Positions 1-11,901 are shown, counted from the first letter of the stretch. The stretch: 64,000 bases of DNA from Candidatus Bathyarchaeota archaeon (GCA_963768425.1 CAVYHV010000015.1:32001-96000), one strand, 5' to 3'. Notes: generated by a model not told the origin, from the letters alone. Translations and numbers: made by a program.

Positions 1-533
1 TAACTGAAAAGTGCAAAAGCTAGGCAGTAGTCGCGTTGTACAATAAGATGAGACTAAACCTTTCTCGGCGTCTTCGTAGTGGTGAATTACCCCCGCGAGG
101 ATTTTGTGTTTGGATTCGTTGATGCAACGGTTGGTTCAATTGAATTATCAATTGTGGCAAAATTTTTTTTCGTTGATCTTTAGGTTTTCTTGCCTACTTT
201 TTACAGATGTTACTACGTCCAAGAACATGGCTAAACGATCACCCATGCCCAACTCTTAAGATGAGTATCTAAACTTCCCACCGACCATCTTATCACAGCC
301 ATCGATAGGTATAGTGTACGAGCACTAACGCTGCAGAAAAAAGTTGTGAAAAGAAATGGAAAAAATCGGCGTTATCCACGCCAAATCAACGGTCATTCAT
401 AACGAATACTAAATAATTTTAGGCTGCAAATGAAGTGGGCTACTTTTTTTGAGTTTCGGCATAATACTGACGCTAAATACATAAGACATAAGGGCTTCTT
501 AAATTCAACGATTCCATAGATGACTCTGGAAAA

Positions 534-899
534 ATGGGGCCCAAGAACGAACATATAACTTTGTGGATATTGGATCAAGACCGCAAAGAAAATCGAGAAC
601 GCAGAAAAGCAGAAAATGCTCAAAAAAATCAGATGGATGCTGTTGAAGGCAAAAACCATTGTTCCAAGTGCAAGAAGACTTTTGACGAACCCAAGATAGT
701 CCTAGTTTGCCCTCATTGCTTGAGCAAAATAGAAGAAAAAGGCAAAACAGGCTGCCAATACTGGTTGGGTTTTCTGAACCAAAAAGAAAAGACCGAATCA
801 ATCCCACAGGAATGTGTTGAATGTCCAAGAGTTTTGGAGTGCATGCTTAGCCAAGAAAAATCTGCAAGCGCAGTTTCAGAAATTCGTAAATGGTACTGA
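534..899 (+). CDS. Small Cys-rich (zinc-binding) hypothetical protein
   Basis: 121-aa ORF with CSKC, CPHC, CQYWLGFL and CVECPRVLEC motifs. Confidence 0.6.
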   Translation: MGPKNEHITLWILDQDRKENRERRKAENAQKNQMDAVEGKNHCSKCKKTFDEPKIVLVCPHCLSKIEEKGKTGCQYWLGFLNQKEKTESIPQECVECPRVLECMLSQEKSASAVSEIRKWY

Positions 900-945
900 G
901 TTGCCAAGATTTGCAGATATCCGGCTCATTTACGCCTTTGCTGTT

Positions 946-1149
946 TTACCCAGATGCCACCGAAACTACGCGACCCATGAGATCTTCGTCTTGCTTTAAG
1001 TTTAGATACTTATCGATACCTTTAATCTCTAAAGACAACTCTTCTCTACCGTGCCCTAACATCTCAACAGCCGCATTGTTAACGTCAATAAAGTTTTCTT
1101 AAAGATCGATGACCCATATGGATTCATCCATGCCTTTAATCAGCTTCTT
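946..1149 (-). pseudogene. Decayed PAS domain, in-frame continuation of the upstream sensor
   Basis: Reads *KKLIKGMDESIWVIDL*ENFIDVNNAAVEMLGHGREEL, a copy of the upstream YRNLVNGMTETIWIIDFEGNFIDVNDAAVKTLGYSKEEL with in-frame stops. Confidence 0.7.
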
Positions 1150-2649
1150 TTAAGTTGCCTCACTTTCTCTTAAAGCTGCCTCTTTTTTCTTGTCGACTGA
1201 AATATCTCTTGCAGTGATTAGCGAAAGTTCTTCATTATTAGTTTCAAGCAAAGAAACGGAAAATAGAACGGGAAAAATTTCCCCATTTTTTCGCCTAAAA
1301 TATGATTCTTTGTTTCTTACTTTTCCTTCTTTGTTTAACATCAAAGTAATCCTTTCTCTATCAGAAGGGTCCGCCCAAATGTTAAGCTCTAAAGCACACT
1401 TACCAATAACTTCTTGCCTGGAGTAGCCAAACATTTCCAAAAAAATATCATTACACTCAACTATTAAGGAACCTCTTAATGTAGTAATCATAAAAGCATC
1501 TAGACTGGTTGAAAATGCTGTCCTAAGCCTTTCTTCACTTTCAATTAACGCTTGTTCAGCCTTCTTGCGTTCAGTGGTGTTTCGGGCTATGCTTAGAACT
1601 GCCCGCTTTCCACCGTATGTTATGAGACTTGAGCTAATCTCCACCGGAATTTCTTGTCCATCCTTAGTAACGTGAATTGTTTCAAAAACCCGATTCCTAA
1701 CAGAAGGAATTTCACCAAGCCTTTTTCTAATTTGCTCTGGGCTCATGATCTTATCAATGCCGCTAACACCAATACGCATCAACTCTTCTTTAGAATAGCC
1801 CAATGTTTTAACCGCGGCATCATTCACATCAATAAAGTTTCCCTCAAAATCAATAATCCAGATAGTTTCAGTCATGCCGTTAACTAAATTTCTATAATTT
1901 GCCTCGCTCTCCGCTAAGGCTTCTTCAGTTTTTTTGCGTGTGGTAATGTCGTGAGCGACAACGAAAGCGCAATCAAGTTCGTTGTTTGTGTATTTCAATT
2001 TCGCATTCAAGGTTGCCCAAATGGAACGACCGTCTTTCGTTATTACTCCAAATTCAACGTTTGGGTCTATTTTTTCTCCAGTTATGCTTTTTCTAAATAT
2101 TTCTCGGAAGCGTTCTTTGCTCTCAGCGTTAAGAAGGTCAAAAGGACTCATAGAAAGCAATTCTTTTTCCGAGTAACCCGACAGAGCGCACATATAGTCG
2201 TTAACACTTTTGAACTGGAGACTCTTGCAGTCGATTTCATAGATAGCGGCTGGAGCGTATTCTGCAAGATGGCTGTATTTTTCGTCTTCTTCCCGCAGCT
2301 TCTCCTCTGCCAAAGTTTTGGACAAAGCCAAAGCCAAATGGTCAGCTATCCTTTCCCACATCTGAATAGCTTCGAGAGAAAACATGTTCTTCCGCTTACT
2401 ATTTAACTGAAGCAACCCCAATCGATTGTTACCGACATGCAACGCAAGCAACGCAACCGACTCATAGCCTTCTCCGTTGCAACGGTTGCGAGTTCGAATT
2501 TGACGGTCCGCATCAGATGTTGTAGCAAGAAGCCGCGCGGTATCGTTTGACCAAAAGCTTCCCTTTTCAGTAAAGAATTTTTTTGAAGGGTCGAATCTTC
2601 CGCACAAAATGTTTTCACACATGCATTCGATAACTGGGTCACCTTTCAA
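1150..2649 (-). CDS. GAF + multi-PAS sensor, C-terminal part of a frameshifted gene starting at 4741
   Basis: GAF-like segment (GYESVALLALHVGNNRLGLLQLN) followed by three PAS/PAC repeats (DITTRKKTEEAL, NTTERKKAEQAL). The 2650-2825 gap encodes GAF-like residues in shifted frames. Confidence 0.8.
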   Translation of the reverse strand: MKGDPVIECMCENILCGRFDPSKKFFTEKGSFWSNDTARLLATTSDADRQIRTRNRCNGEGYESVALLALHVGNNRLGLLQLNSKRKNMFSLEAIQMWERIADHLALALSKTLAEEKLREEDEKYSHLAEYAPAAIYEIDCKSLQFKSVNDYMCALSGYSEKELLSMSPFDLLNAESKERFREIFRKSITGEKIDPNVEFGVITKDGRSIWATLNAKLKYTNNELDCAFVVAHDITTRKKTEEALAESEANYRNLVNGMTETIWIIDFEGNFIDVNDAAVKTLGYSKEELMRIGVSGIDKIMSPEQIRKRLGEIPSVRNRVFETIHVTKDGQEIPVEISSSLITYGGKRAVLSIARNTTERKKAEQALIESEERLRTAFSTSLDAFMITTLRGSLIVECNDIFLEMFGYSRQEVIGKCALELNIWADPSDRERITLMLNKEGKVRNKESYFRRKNGEIFPVLFSVSLLETNNEELSLITARDISVDKKKEAALRESEAT

Positions 2650-2824
2650 GTCTCGAATTAAATTGCCAGCAGCGTCCCTAGCGACAAAGTTTGTCCTCTA
2701 AGTAAGACGTGTTCAGGAGGAAAGCCTCTAGTTTCATAATAAGGATAATCATCTCCGTCTTTGAGCCTAATTCCTACCCCCTCGCAACCTGATTGTTTTT
2801 GGAAGAACTCAAGGGAAGCAGTAA

Positions 2825-4741
2825 TCAAATCCCTGGTACCAAAGTTGCATTAGTGATTTTCAGAAACTGGATCATTATCTCGCGTTCAGTTTCAGCTTTT
2901 TTGCGTTCAGTTATATCGATGATTGATCCTTCCAGTATTCCCTCTTCAGGATAAAGCTTCAAAGCCGTAAGACAGAGTCTAGCTTCGCTTTGCTTGTTTA
3001 GCATTTTGCATTCGAAATCTTCGACAAAGCCATTGGCTTTTAGTCGGTTAACCATGTCTATTCTTTCAACTGGGTTAGCCCAAAGAGTAAGCGATGATTT
3101 ACCTATTATTTCGTTCCGCCTGCGGCCAAAAATGCGGAGAAACTTTTCGTTGCAGTCAAGAATTTCAGATCCATCTAACTTGGTCCTAAACATTCCTGCT
3201 TCGGAGTTTTCGAAAATACTCCTATACTTTACTTCACTTTTCCTCAGTCCTTCCTCAGCTTTCTTGCGTTCAGTAATGTCATTCGCGTAAATGTTTACGT
3301 AGCCTTCGACAATGACAGGTGCAAATAACATCGAAAATACTTTTGCGCCATAGATCTGTTCACGCTCAATTTTAATGTTGGATTTTAGACAGTCAGCAAC
3401 AAGTTGATTTATGTCGTCAGGTGCACGTTCGCCAACTTTGATATTCCACTCGTTCAACAATAAAAGTGCAGCTGCATTTCCATAAAGAATTGTGCCTTCT
3501 CCTTTAATACGAAGCACGGGCAAAGGATTCTCAGAAGGAAACTTTGATAAACTTTTGATTTTGTCTTCTTGTCGCTTAAGTTCAGTTATATCATCAAAGA
3601 TTGAAACGAAATACCCGTTTTCTGGGCTATAGGTAAGTATGGAAAAACATCTTTCTGAACCTTGAAAGCAATATTCGAACCTTGCTGATTTACCATGGGA
3701 GATTATTGGCCAATATGTTGCAAGTAAATCTGTAAGATTCTTCGTGATTCCGCCAGGGAAAACATTTGTGCCTCGTTCTCCTAAGACGTTTTTCTCTATT
3801 CCAGTGATTCTTTTAAATGCAAGGTTTGTTTCCAATATAATAAAATCGATTGGTTTTCTATCTAATCCAAAAATTATTTTGTTGTAAGAAAAACCGCTAT
3901 TTAGGTTAGCAAATAAGTAATCAAATTGTCGTCGATCCCGTCTAAACGCCTTATTTTGGGGAATACTCGCCAAGAACCACGCTGCATTAAAATAGCTTTG
4001 AGCTAATTCTACCAAGCAAGGATTATTTGAAAAAACCGCATCACTCTTGCTTTCCACAAGTTTCATTGAGGTCGTGAGAAGAATTTCTTTGTCATCGTAT
4101 AGTCTAAGCCAAACTTCAAGTGGGGTAATAGCGTATCGGTGTTCAAAATTGGGGAATCTTTCTAATGTTTGGAGTACCCTCGAATGATTTGGTCCATGAA
4201 ATTCTTCTGTGATAATTCGTATGGTTACCTTTCGTTTCAAAGCGCTTTGGATGCTAAAGTTGTTAATGGCGATCCATCTGAGCAATCTTTCCAAAGAAAC
4301 CATAATACAAATTTTGTCTTTGGCGTTTTCAAGATGTTTTTGTAGCTCAAGTTCAAGTGCGTCTCCTCGGATTAAAACGAGTTGATTGCTTTCGGAGTCA
4401 GATTTTGTATTTTCCTTCTCTTTCAGTTTCTCAATTATTTTGTTTGCTTTTTTGTCCAGATCTATGCTTTCTTTGGTTCTTCTCAGCATCAAAATGCCAA
4501 CGGCGTCATTTATGGACAGAGGCTTATACTTGGTTGGAACAGTAACTATTTTTTCAACTAGTCCAGCTTCTAGTAAGTCAATAATTGCTCTATAAGTGTC
4601 GGGGCGGGCTACTTTTGAAACATTAGCGATTTCGCTAATAGATCCCAAGCCTATCCGAAGGAGACCAAGATACGACTTTGCTTGTGTACCACTAAGACCG
4701 AGATCAACTAATGTTTTGATGTTTTCATCAAGGGCACTCAA
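2825..4741 (-). CDS. TrmB-type HTH regulator fused to PAS domains (N-terminal part)
   Basis: N-terminal LGLSGTQAKSYLGLL...SEIANVSKVARPDTYRAI..L...GLVEK (TrmB-like HTH), a TrmB-like effector domain, then PAS repeats ending DITERKKAE. Confidence 0.8.
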   Translation of the reverse strand: MSALDENIKTLVDLGLSGTQAKSYLGLLRIGLGSISEIANVSKVARPDTYRAIIDLLEAGLVEKIVTVPTKYKPLSINDAVGILMLRRTKESIDLDKKANKIIEKLKEKENTKSDSESNQLVLIRGDALELELQKHLENAKDKICIMVSLERLLRWIAINNFSIQSALKRKVTIRIITEEFHGPNHSRVLQTLERFPNFEHRYAITPLEVWLRLYDDKEILLTTSMKLVESKSDAVFSNNPCLVELAQSYFNAAWFLASIPQNKAFRRDRRQFDYLFANLNSGFSYNKIIFGLDRKPIDFIILETNLAFKRITGIEKNVLGERGTNVFPGGITKNLTDLLATYWPIISHGKSARFEYCFQGSERCFSILTYSPENGYFVSIFDDITELKRQEDKIKSLSKFPSENPLPVLRIKGEGTILYGNAAALLLLNEWNIKVGERAPDDINQLVADCLKSNIKIEREQIYGAKVFSMLFAPVIVEGYVNIYANDITERKKAEEGLRKSEVKYRSIFENSEAGMFRTKLDGSEILDCNEKFLRIFGRRRNEIIGKSSLTLWANPVERIDMVNRLKANGFVEDFECKMLNKQSEARLCLTALKLYPEEGILEGSIIDITERKKAETEREIMIQFLKITNATLVPGI

Positions 4742-4940
4742 GATGCATTGCCTTCTACTCTTTGCAAATTGAGCAGTATTGTTCTGTTCTAGCGTATGTA
4801 GTCTTTAAGCTTTGGCGAATTCCACCCGATTTCGCTTAATTCAATTCAAAACTTTCAGAACAATATCCTGTTGGATGACCTTCCACCAACAACGGCTTAT
4901 TACCTAAACAGTCTCTATAGACTACGGGGATGATTGTATT

Positions 4941-5441
4941 ATGGCTCTAGACGATTTGGATAGAAAAATAATACAATATCTAAGCTCCGGAACAAACTCC
5001 TATCAAGAACTTGCCCGAACATGCAACGTTACAAGGAATACCATTTACCGGAGAGTTGCTGCCCTTGAAAAAGAAGGAATAATTAAGAATACCCTTCACT
5101 GCATCGTAAACTTGGAACAAATGGACCTCGTTCCTGTAACGATTGGAGTAAGAATTCATCAAAGTGACCAAGATAGAGCGATCAATCTGCTGACAACAAA
5201 CAGGAACGTGAGATTTCTGTGGCGAACCTATGGAGAGCACAACCTGATGCTCGTTGCTTTTTGTCCCAAAGGCAAAGAAGGCGAAATAATCCAAGATATC
5301 AAAGCTGCCCTTGAAGAACTAAACTCAGAACACATATGTGTATCTGTTGGTTACGTGTGGGAAAAGATGAGCTATTCGCCGTTTGATGACCAAACGGAAT
5401 TTGAAACGAAAATAGCGCAGATAATAGAAAATAGATATTGA
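4941..5441 (+). CDS. Lrp/AsnC family transcriptional regulator
   Basis: LDDLDRKIIQYL...SYQELARTCNVTRNTIYRRVAALEKEGII HTH plus a C-terminal RAM-like domain. Confidence 0.9.
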   Translation: MALDDLDRKIIQYLSSGTNSYQELARTCNVTRNTIYRRVAALEKEGIIKNTLHCIVNLEQMDLVPVTIGVRIHQSDQDRAINLLTTNRNVRFLWRTYGEHNLMLVAFCPKGKEGEIIQDIKAALEELNSEHICVSVGYVWEKMSYSPFDDQTEFETKIAQIIENRY

Positions 5442-5536
5442 TATTTACCAAAAACAGTAATCAGGCGTAACTATGTTTGTTTGATTCGAGAATGAAAGGA
5501 ACAAATCTGTTTATTTGCTGAAATCGTAAGAGAAAC

Positions 5537-5990
5537 TCAGATTGCTGTTGACGAGCAACTAACCTTTCTGTTCTCGGATTGAAGCAGGCTTTGTTTTAGA
5601 TCCAGCAGGACAAAGCTTCGCAGAGCACTTATCGCTGCAAACTTGGCTATAACGTCTAGAAACAAGTCTGGAAATGTCTCTAGCCACTTCCGGTAAGATA
5701 CCCTGATGGAAACATCAGTGGTGCCTAATTGATTTGCAAGCTCATTTTGCTTCTTAATAGCATCATATCGGTAACTTAGAAGATAGAATAAGCCTCCAAC
5801 AATGGACTTGGAGCTTTTACCGCTAAAAAATACAAATTTTCTGTGCATAAGTCTGATTAAGGATTTGCATAGTCTCGGAGGTTACTGTGTCAGCAATTGA
5901 TTTATCATACCAGACAGCATGTGCCGCAAAAGAGATTTCATCCAGAGGTATACGTCTTAGCAAACTCAATCTTTTCACTTCGTCTGTTAA
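5537..5990 (-). CDS. Short TFB/cyclin-fold-like protein, probably frameshifted near 5850; 5' end approximate
   Basis: SGKSSKSIVGGLFYLL...KKQNELANQLGTTDVSIRVSYRKWLE resembles the second cyclin repeat/HTH of TFB. An upstream frame continues LRRIPLDEISFAAHAVWYDK. Confidence 0.5.
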
Positions 5991-6189
5991 TCAAGATAAG
6001 TCAGCTCCTGACAGGGTTATCATTACCGCCCTACGCAAAAGAAACGTTTTTGTCATTTTTTTTGCACAAATTTATCTATTCAATGGAAATAGTGCATTAT
6101 GTCGAGAAGAACTGACTATTAAGATTGCTTTGCCATGAGTTCATAAAGGCTATTAACAGTTCACTCGTTTTCAGAATAAAGGTAACAAA

Positions 6190-8823
6190 ATGAGTATTAG
6201 AAATGCTTCAGCTGCGTCCAAGGTTCAAATTGCAGAAGATGAAAGTTCTCGACCCATTTTCAGCTTAGGTTCTTCTGTCCAAGAAGAAGCCTTGCATATT
6301 TTGCATGTTGATGATGACGCTGTCGCTCTTGCAAGTTTCGAAAATGATTCTGGAGACTGAAAACAACTTCTTGATTGACGTGGCAATTTCTGTTGATGAT
6401 GCTTTAAAAAAATTGCGAATGCACAATCCTACGATGCGATTGTTTCAGACTATGAAATGCCCCTGAAAAACGGATTAGAATTCTTGAAAGAACTCAGGGA
6501 CCAAAACAATCAAATTCCTTTCATCCTGTTTACGGGCAAAGGCAGAGAAGATGTTGCGGTCAAAGCTTTGAATTTGGGCGCTGACAGCTACATCAACAAA
6601 AACGGTTCTCCAGAAACAGTCTACTGCGAATTGGCAGATGCCATAAACAAGACTGTAGACCGCAAGAAGTCAAAGCAACTGCTTGTCGAGTCAGAGATGA
6701 AGTATCGCACGCTGGTTGAAAAATCGCTTCAGGGAATACTGATTACTCAAACTTCTCCGCTGCAACTGGTTTTTGCCAACGAGTCCATGGGAAACATTTT
6801 GGGCTATACTAATGACGAGTTGAAGTCACTTTCACCTTTAGAAATTGCAGGACTAATATATGACGAGGACAAAGCCGTTTTCTTTAGCCGCTTAGAAAGC
6901 CGCATACATGGGGAACCATCGGACTCAAGCCTTGAGTTTAGAGCAGTACGAAAAGACGGATCGATAGTTTGGCTGGAAGCATTCTCAAGCCGCATTGAAT
7001 ATATGGGGCAACCAGCGGTGCAGGGCATGTTTCTGGACATTGATGAACGCAAGAAGGTCAGCGAGATTTTGCGTGAAAGCGAACAAAGATATCGGGAACT
7101 GGCAAATTCTCTGCCGAACATTGTTTATGAATCTGACACAACTGGAAAGCTGGAATTTGTCAATGAGAAGGCACATGAGATTTCGGGCTATTCTCAGGGG
7201 AAGCTTGAAAAAGGGATGAATGTTCTGCAGTTCATTGTTCCTGAAGACAGAGAAAGAGCAATGAAAAATATGGAGCGGTTGTTAGCGGGAGGCAGTTATG
7301 TTCCTGCTGAGTACCTTTTCTTGCGGAAAGACGGAACCACTTTCCCAGCACTTATCACGACAACTCTTCGTATTTCCAAAGACAAGGTGACAGGGCTTAG
7401 AGGCTTGGTAATTGACATTACTGAACCCAAAAAAATGGAGCAAGAATTTAGGGACTTGGCGAAATTTCCTTCCGAAAATCCTAATCCTATCTTGCGCGTC
7501 TCAAAAGACAACCTGGTCTTGTATGTAAACCAAGCTGCAAAGTTATTGTTAAAGGAGATGAACATTGAAATCGGACAACCTACGCCCCTCTTCTTGAATC
7601 AGTCTATTGCCACGACTCTGAATTCAGGTTTTAGTCAGGAGGCTGAGTTTGAGCAAAACCAGCGAACGTACTTGTTTACAATAGCTCCGATAAAAGACGC
7701 TTCTTATGTCAACGTGTATGGACTAGAAATCACCGAACGCAAGAAAGCTGAAGAGGCTCTTAGGCAAGAGCGGGATATGCTTGAGTCAGTTACGTCAGCC
7801 AGCGGTGCTGGTTGGGTAATTGTCAGTAAAGACTACCATGTGTTATGGGCAAACGATTTTATAAAACGATACAAAGGTGACACCATAGGAAAATTATGTT
7901 ATGCAACGCTCAACAGTTTAGATACGCCTTGCCATGATTGCGGGGTCGCAAAAATTTTTGCGGGAAAAACAACATTTGACTCCCACGAATATTTCTCTAC
8001 GACTGTTGATGGCAACCCGTACTGGGTTGAAATTGTCGCTACCCCCTGTACGGATGGGAATGGAAACGTTACGTCCGCAGTGGAGATTTGTGTAGATATA
8101 ACAGAACGCAAGAAAAACGACGAGAAACTAAGAGAAAGCATTCATAAAAACGAATTAATCAATGAGAAACTCAGCGTTGTTGGCAGTTTAACTAGGCATG
8201 ACGTGGGCAACAAACTCACGGTTGTAAAATCCAATATTTATTTGCTCAAGAAACAAATTGGCGACAATCCAAAATTAGCTAAGTACCTTGAAGGCATCGA
8301 CTCTGCAATTAACCTGTCAGATGAGATGTTTGAGTTTAGCCGTTCCTACGAGAAAATTGGAGTAGAAAAACCTTCAAAAATAGATGTTGCCGAATGCTTT
8401 AATCAAGCTATCGCAATTTTGCCTAATTTGTGCACAATAAAAATCATCAATGATTGCCAAGGGCTAGAGGTAATGGCTGATTCGCTGCTTAAGAAACTTT
8501 TCTACAACTTACTCGACAACTCGCTAAAGTACGGGGAAAAAGTCAGGCAGATTCAACTGCACTTCAGTAAAGAAGATGAAGGGATAAAGCTGTTCTACGA
8601 AGACAACGGAGTCGGAATACCCGAAGCTAACAAGCAAAAACTCTTTACAGAAGGTTTCACCACAGGAAAAAGCGCAGGGCTTGGGCTGTTCCTGATAAAG
8701 AAAATGGTCGAAGTCTACGGCTGGACAATAACTGAAGAAGGAGAACCAGCCAAAGGAGCAAAATTTGTAATAACAATTCCTAGGCTAAATAAAAATGGGA
8801 AAGAGAACTTTCAAATTGCGTAA
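6190..8823 (+). CDS. Hybrid receiver-PAS-histidine kinase; receiver domain frameshifted at ~6330-6430, main ORF 6457..8823
   Basis: ILHVDDD and YDAIVSDYEMP receiver motifs, multiple PAS domains, H-box LTRHDVGNKL, N-box NLLDNSLKYG, G-boxes EDNGVGI and GLGLFLIK. Confidence 0.9.
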
Positions 8824-8845
8824 CAAGTTAAGGTAGTGTTTAACT

Positions 8846-9214
8846 ATGACAATAGAAAATACTCAAAAACAAGTAGAGTTTGCAGTGACGACTGACGCAT
8901 CAGGAATACATGCGACTTTTGTGAAAGTCGCCAAAACGACCGATATCCCATTGGGAAAGATGAGGCACCTGGAAGTTGATGGGCAAGCGGTACTTATTGC
9001 TAACGTCAAAGGTAAGTTTTATGCTGTCTGCGACATATGCCCTCATCTGAGTGCTATGCTATCCAAGGGAACTCTGAATGACTCAATCGTTATTTGCCCT
9101 CGCCATTTTTCAAGCTTCGACGTGACAACAGGAAGAGCAATTTCTGGAACGCGCAGCCGCTTGCGAACTTACGAACTGAAAGTGGACGGCAACGACTTGC
9201 TTATTGAAAGCTGA
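8846..9214 (+). CDS. Rieske-type [2Fe-2S] ferredoxin
   Basis: CPH...CPRH Rieske motifs and FDVTTG. Confidence 0.9.
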   Translation: MTIENTQKQVEFAVTTDASGIHATFVKVAKTTDIPLGKMRHLEVDGQAVLIANVKGKFYAVCDICPHLSAMLSKGTLNDSIVICPRHFSSFDVTTGRAISGTRSRLRTYELKVDGNDLLIES

Positions 9215-9338
9215 GTAACAAGTGAAAAACACTTTTTTGTTTATTTTCGAGGAATGATGCCATGAAATTCACCCAAAATACCTCACCTTGACTGTTTTTG
9301 AGAAAAAAAGCTTACTGGTGATGTCACCAATAGTCAGA

Positions 9339-9410
9339 GGTTCAAATCACACTAACACGTTCGGTTCAAATCACACTAACACGTTCGGTTCAAATCCCAT
9401 CGGATCCGCA
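9339..9410 (+). repeat. 24-bp tandem repeat (2 copies) running into a tRNA-3'-end-like remnant
   Basis: GGTTCAAATCACACTAACACGTTC x2, then GGTTCAAATCCCATCGGATCCGCA. Confidence 0.85.
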
Positions 9411-9547
9411 CGTAAATTCATCAAATTAGTTTTAGTGGTAAATTGGCGTCAAAATCCCCCGCCTGATACGCGCACGCTTTCTTGCCCAGATGGGAATCTC
9501 GCACACCGTTTAGGTCGAATTTAAAAAACTTGCTTATGTGATAAAGA

Positions 9548-11247
9548 CTATTGCCTTAAATTTTTGTTTTTTCTAAAGAACTGAAAGAGCGTAGCTATCA
9601 TAGCGAGGCTGACTATTGCTCCAAGGGCTATTCCTTCCAGCACTTCGGTAGGGTCAATCGCGTTTTTTGGAGAACTGCTAAGGTCTACGATGATTTGGTG
9701 GGTACAGAGGTGGTATGAGAAGGTCAGTATCCAAGAATCAGCATTTGACGAAACCGTGAAGCTTTCCGCGTTTCCGTCGATATACGCTTTGATGTTTGAT
9801 GTTTCGTTAACAAGCGACTTTGCGATGTAAACGTCGGCGTAGCCTCTTGTCCCGTTTAGTCCACTCACTGTGAAACTAAGCTGCCCGCTTGTCGAGTTGA
9901 ACGCCAAGTCAGTCACTGTCGAATTCGACGCTACAGAGAATGCGTCCTGCGCGTCCGCGGAGTTGTAGGGGGTAACCACAAAGTTAACTATGTGCTTGTT
10001 CCAGAGAAAACTGCGTTGCCCGCATAGGTGGCGTTGATGACGTAGTATCCAGTGACTGCAGGCAGCCACTCCGCTAAGAAGCCGCCGTTGGAATCTGTCT
10101 CGATTGTGGTTAGATTCAGCCAGGAGCCGCCTCCTGTTACGCTGTACGCGAGCAGAATCGGAGCTTCAGGGACACCCGGCCGTTGTAGGTTAAGCTGCCG
10201 TTGATTTCAACCATGAAGTTGGATAGTGTTGTAGAGCTTTGGCATGAAACGGCAAGAGTCGGCTTAAGCGACGAAGGATATGACAGATTAGCCGGTTTTG
10301 AATTCACAGTCAAGGTGTATGCTGCTTGCCCGTTTGCCGTTAGCACGTCCACAATTAACGGGTCCCCTAGGTTAATGTTCCAAGGTCCTGTTCCGTTAAC
10401 ACTTAAATCTGAACCGAAGCCACCTAAGACTATTTGGTGGTCAGACCAATTTACCAGGTCAATACCAATCGGGCATTCGATATCGTCTCTGGCAGCCTGC
10501 TTCCCAGCTGTCAAAGCCCTCTTCGTCGTATATTCTTATGACGGGAGTTGTGCCTCCGGCTACGGTGTCAATTGACCCATCGGACATGTTTGTAACCTGC
10601 GGCTGGATGTTGCCGAATCCGTTGCCGTCTATTATGATGGTTTGGTTTCGAGCTGCGGCTATGGGACTGACATAAGTTATGGCTGTGGGTTCTGCGACGC
10701 TAGACGGAGCATTAGGACCTACACTAACAGTGTACACTGCTTGCCCGTAAATAGTAAGTACGGCTATCAGCAGGGGATCTCCTGCCGCAATACTCCATTG
10801 AGTTTGATTGTTTGAGCCGCCGGAACCAAGTGCTGAGCCGAATCCACCCAAAACTATTTTGTCATTTGACCAAGCCTTTAAGATAACGCCTATCGAATCT
10901 GCGCCGGAACCTGGGGAATCTTGAACGCCAGCTTCCCAGCTGTTTGGTGGTTGCCCTAAATCGTAAATCCTGATGACTGGTGTGTCTCCTCCGCCAACGG
11001 TGTCGACGGAGCCGTCGCCTAAACTCAAAAGTTGAGGCTGAACGTTCCCGAAGTTGGTGCCGACTATAGTTATAGTCTGCTGTGTAGTTGCGGTTACTGG
11101 GGTTACTGAAGAAATTGAAGGTGACACTTCACCAGGCGCCCCAGCGGATGTTATGCTCTGGGATGAGCCTAACTGTAAACTTCCAGCTAACAATAATCCA
11201 CCAACCATCAAAACTATCAACAGCGCACTCCGAAGTATCGCCTTCAT
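9548..11247 (-). CDS. Exported membrane-anchored protein with two IPT/TIG-like repeats, split by frameshifts into three ORFs
   Basis: Signal peptide MKAILRSALLIVLMVGGLLL, duplicated QTI.I.G..FGN.QPQ...DGS.DTV.GG.TPVIRIYD repeat, C-terminal NSTVTDLAFNSTSGQLSFTVSG domain plus a TM helix. Confidence 0.7.
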
Positions 11248-11548
11248 GGTTACACCATATTTCCACCGTACCATCCGTAGCCTTATAAGCGGTCGCTTTT
11301 AATCATGGATCTTTAAGAAACCAAAAAAATTTCACCTTCAGCATTCTTGCCGAAGAATCAACGGCTTAAGCCTTCAAAAACTTCAATAACGGTGTAACTT
11401 TGTATTTTAAGGGCAAAATTGAACCTTTAAATAGCACATACATTAGCTTTCACCGCCGTTTTGTGTTCACTGGTGTTGTCAGCCTCAACACTTAAAACAG
11501 ATGCCCAGAATTCGGCTGATTGGCGCTTATACACATAGTCAAAATATC

Positions 11549-11736
11549 CTAGTGACGGTTTAAACGACGGCGTCAAGCTAGCCCTCGGCACTTTTGCTTA
11601 TTTTATGCTTGTTTCTTGACAATTTCTTGGTTCTTCGCAAAGAAAGGGAAAAGTACACTCGCTTTGGCTGTTCAAACCTCCCGGACCATAATGCAGTTAG
11701 AACTCTGCAGGGTTCAAAACCCGTAGAGTCCCAAAC
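11549..11736 (+). repeat. ~190-bp direct repeat copy 1, beginning with 38-bp motif copy 1 (11554-11591)
   Basis: Aligns by eye along its length with 20449-20638. Confidence 0.9.
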
Positions 11737-11901
11737 TCGAAGCCTGATACAATCCCCTTAAATAATTATTCATCTGAATTCCAATCCTCTCTTGATGCTC
11801 AGAAGGCCGAGACCGTCTGGCCTCCACCCAACCTACTTTAAAAGACCTTGGCCATGTTGTCTAAAAAAAGACAATGCAGAATTGCCTTCAGAGAATTTAG
11901 A

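Noticed and set aside
9339-9410. Mini-CRISPR or the 9288..9524 ORF
   Set aside because: The intervening sequences are identical, so this is a simple tandem repeat. The ORF merely translates the repeat.
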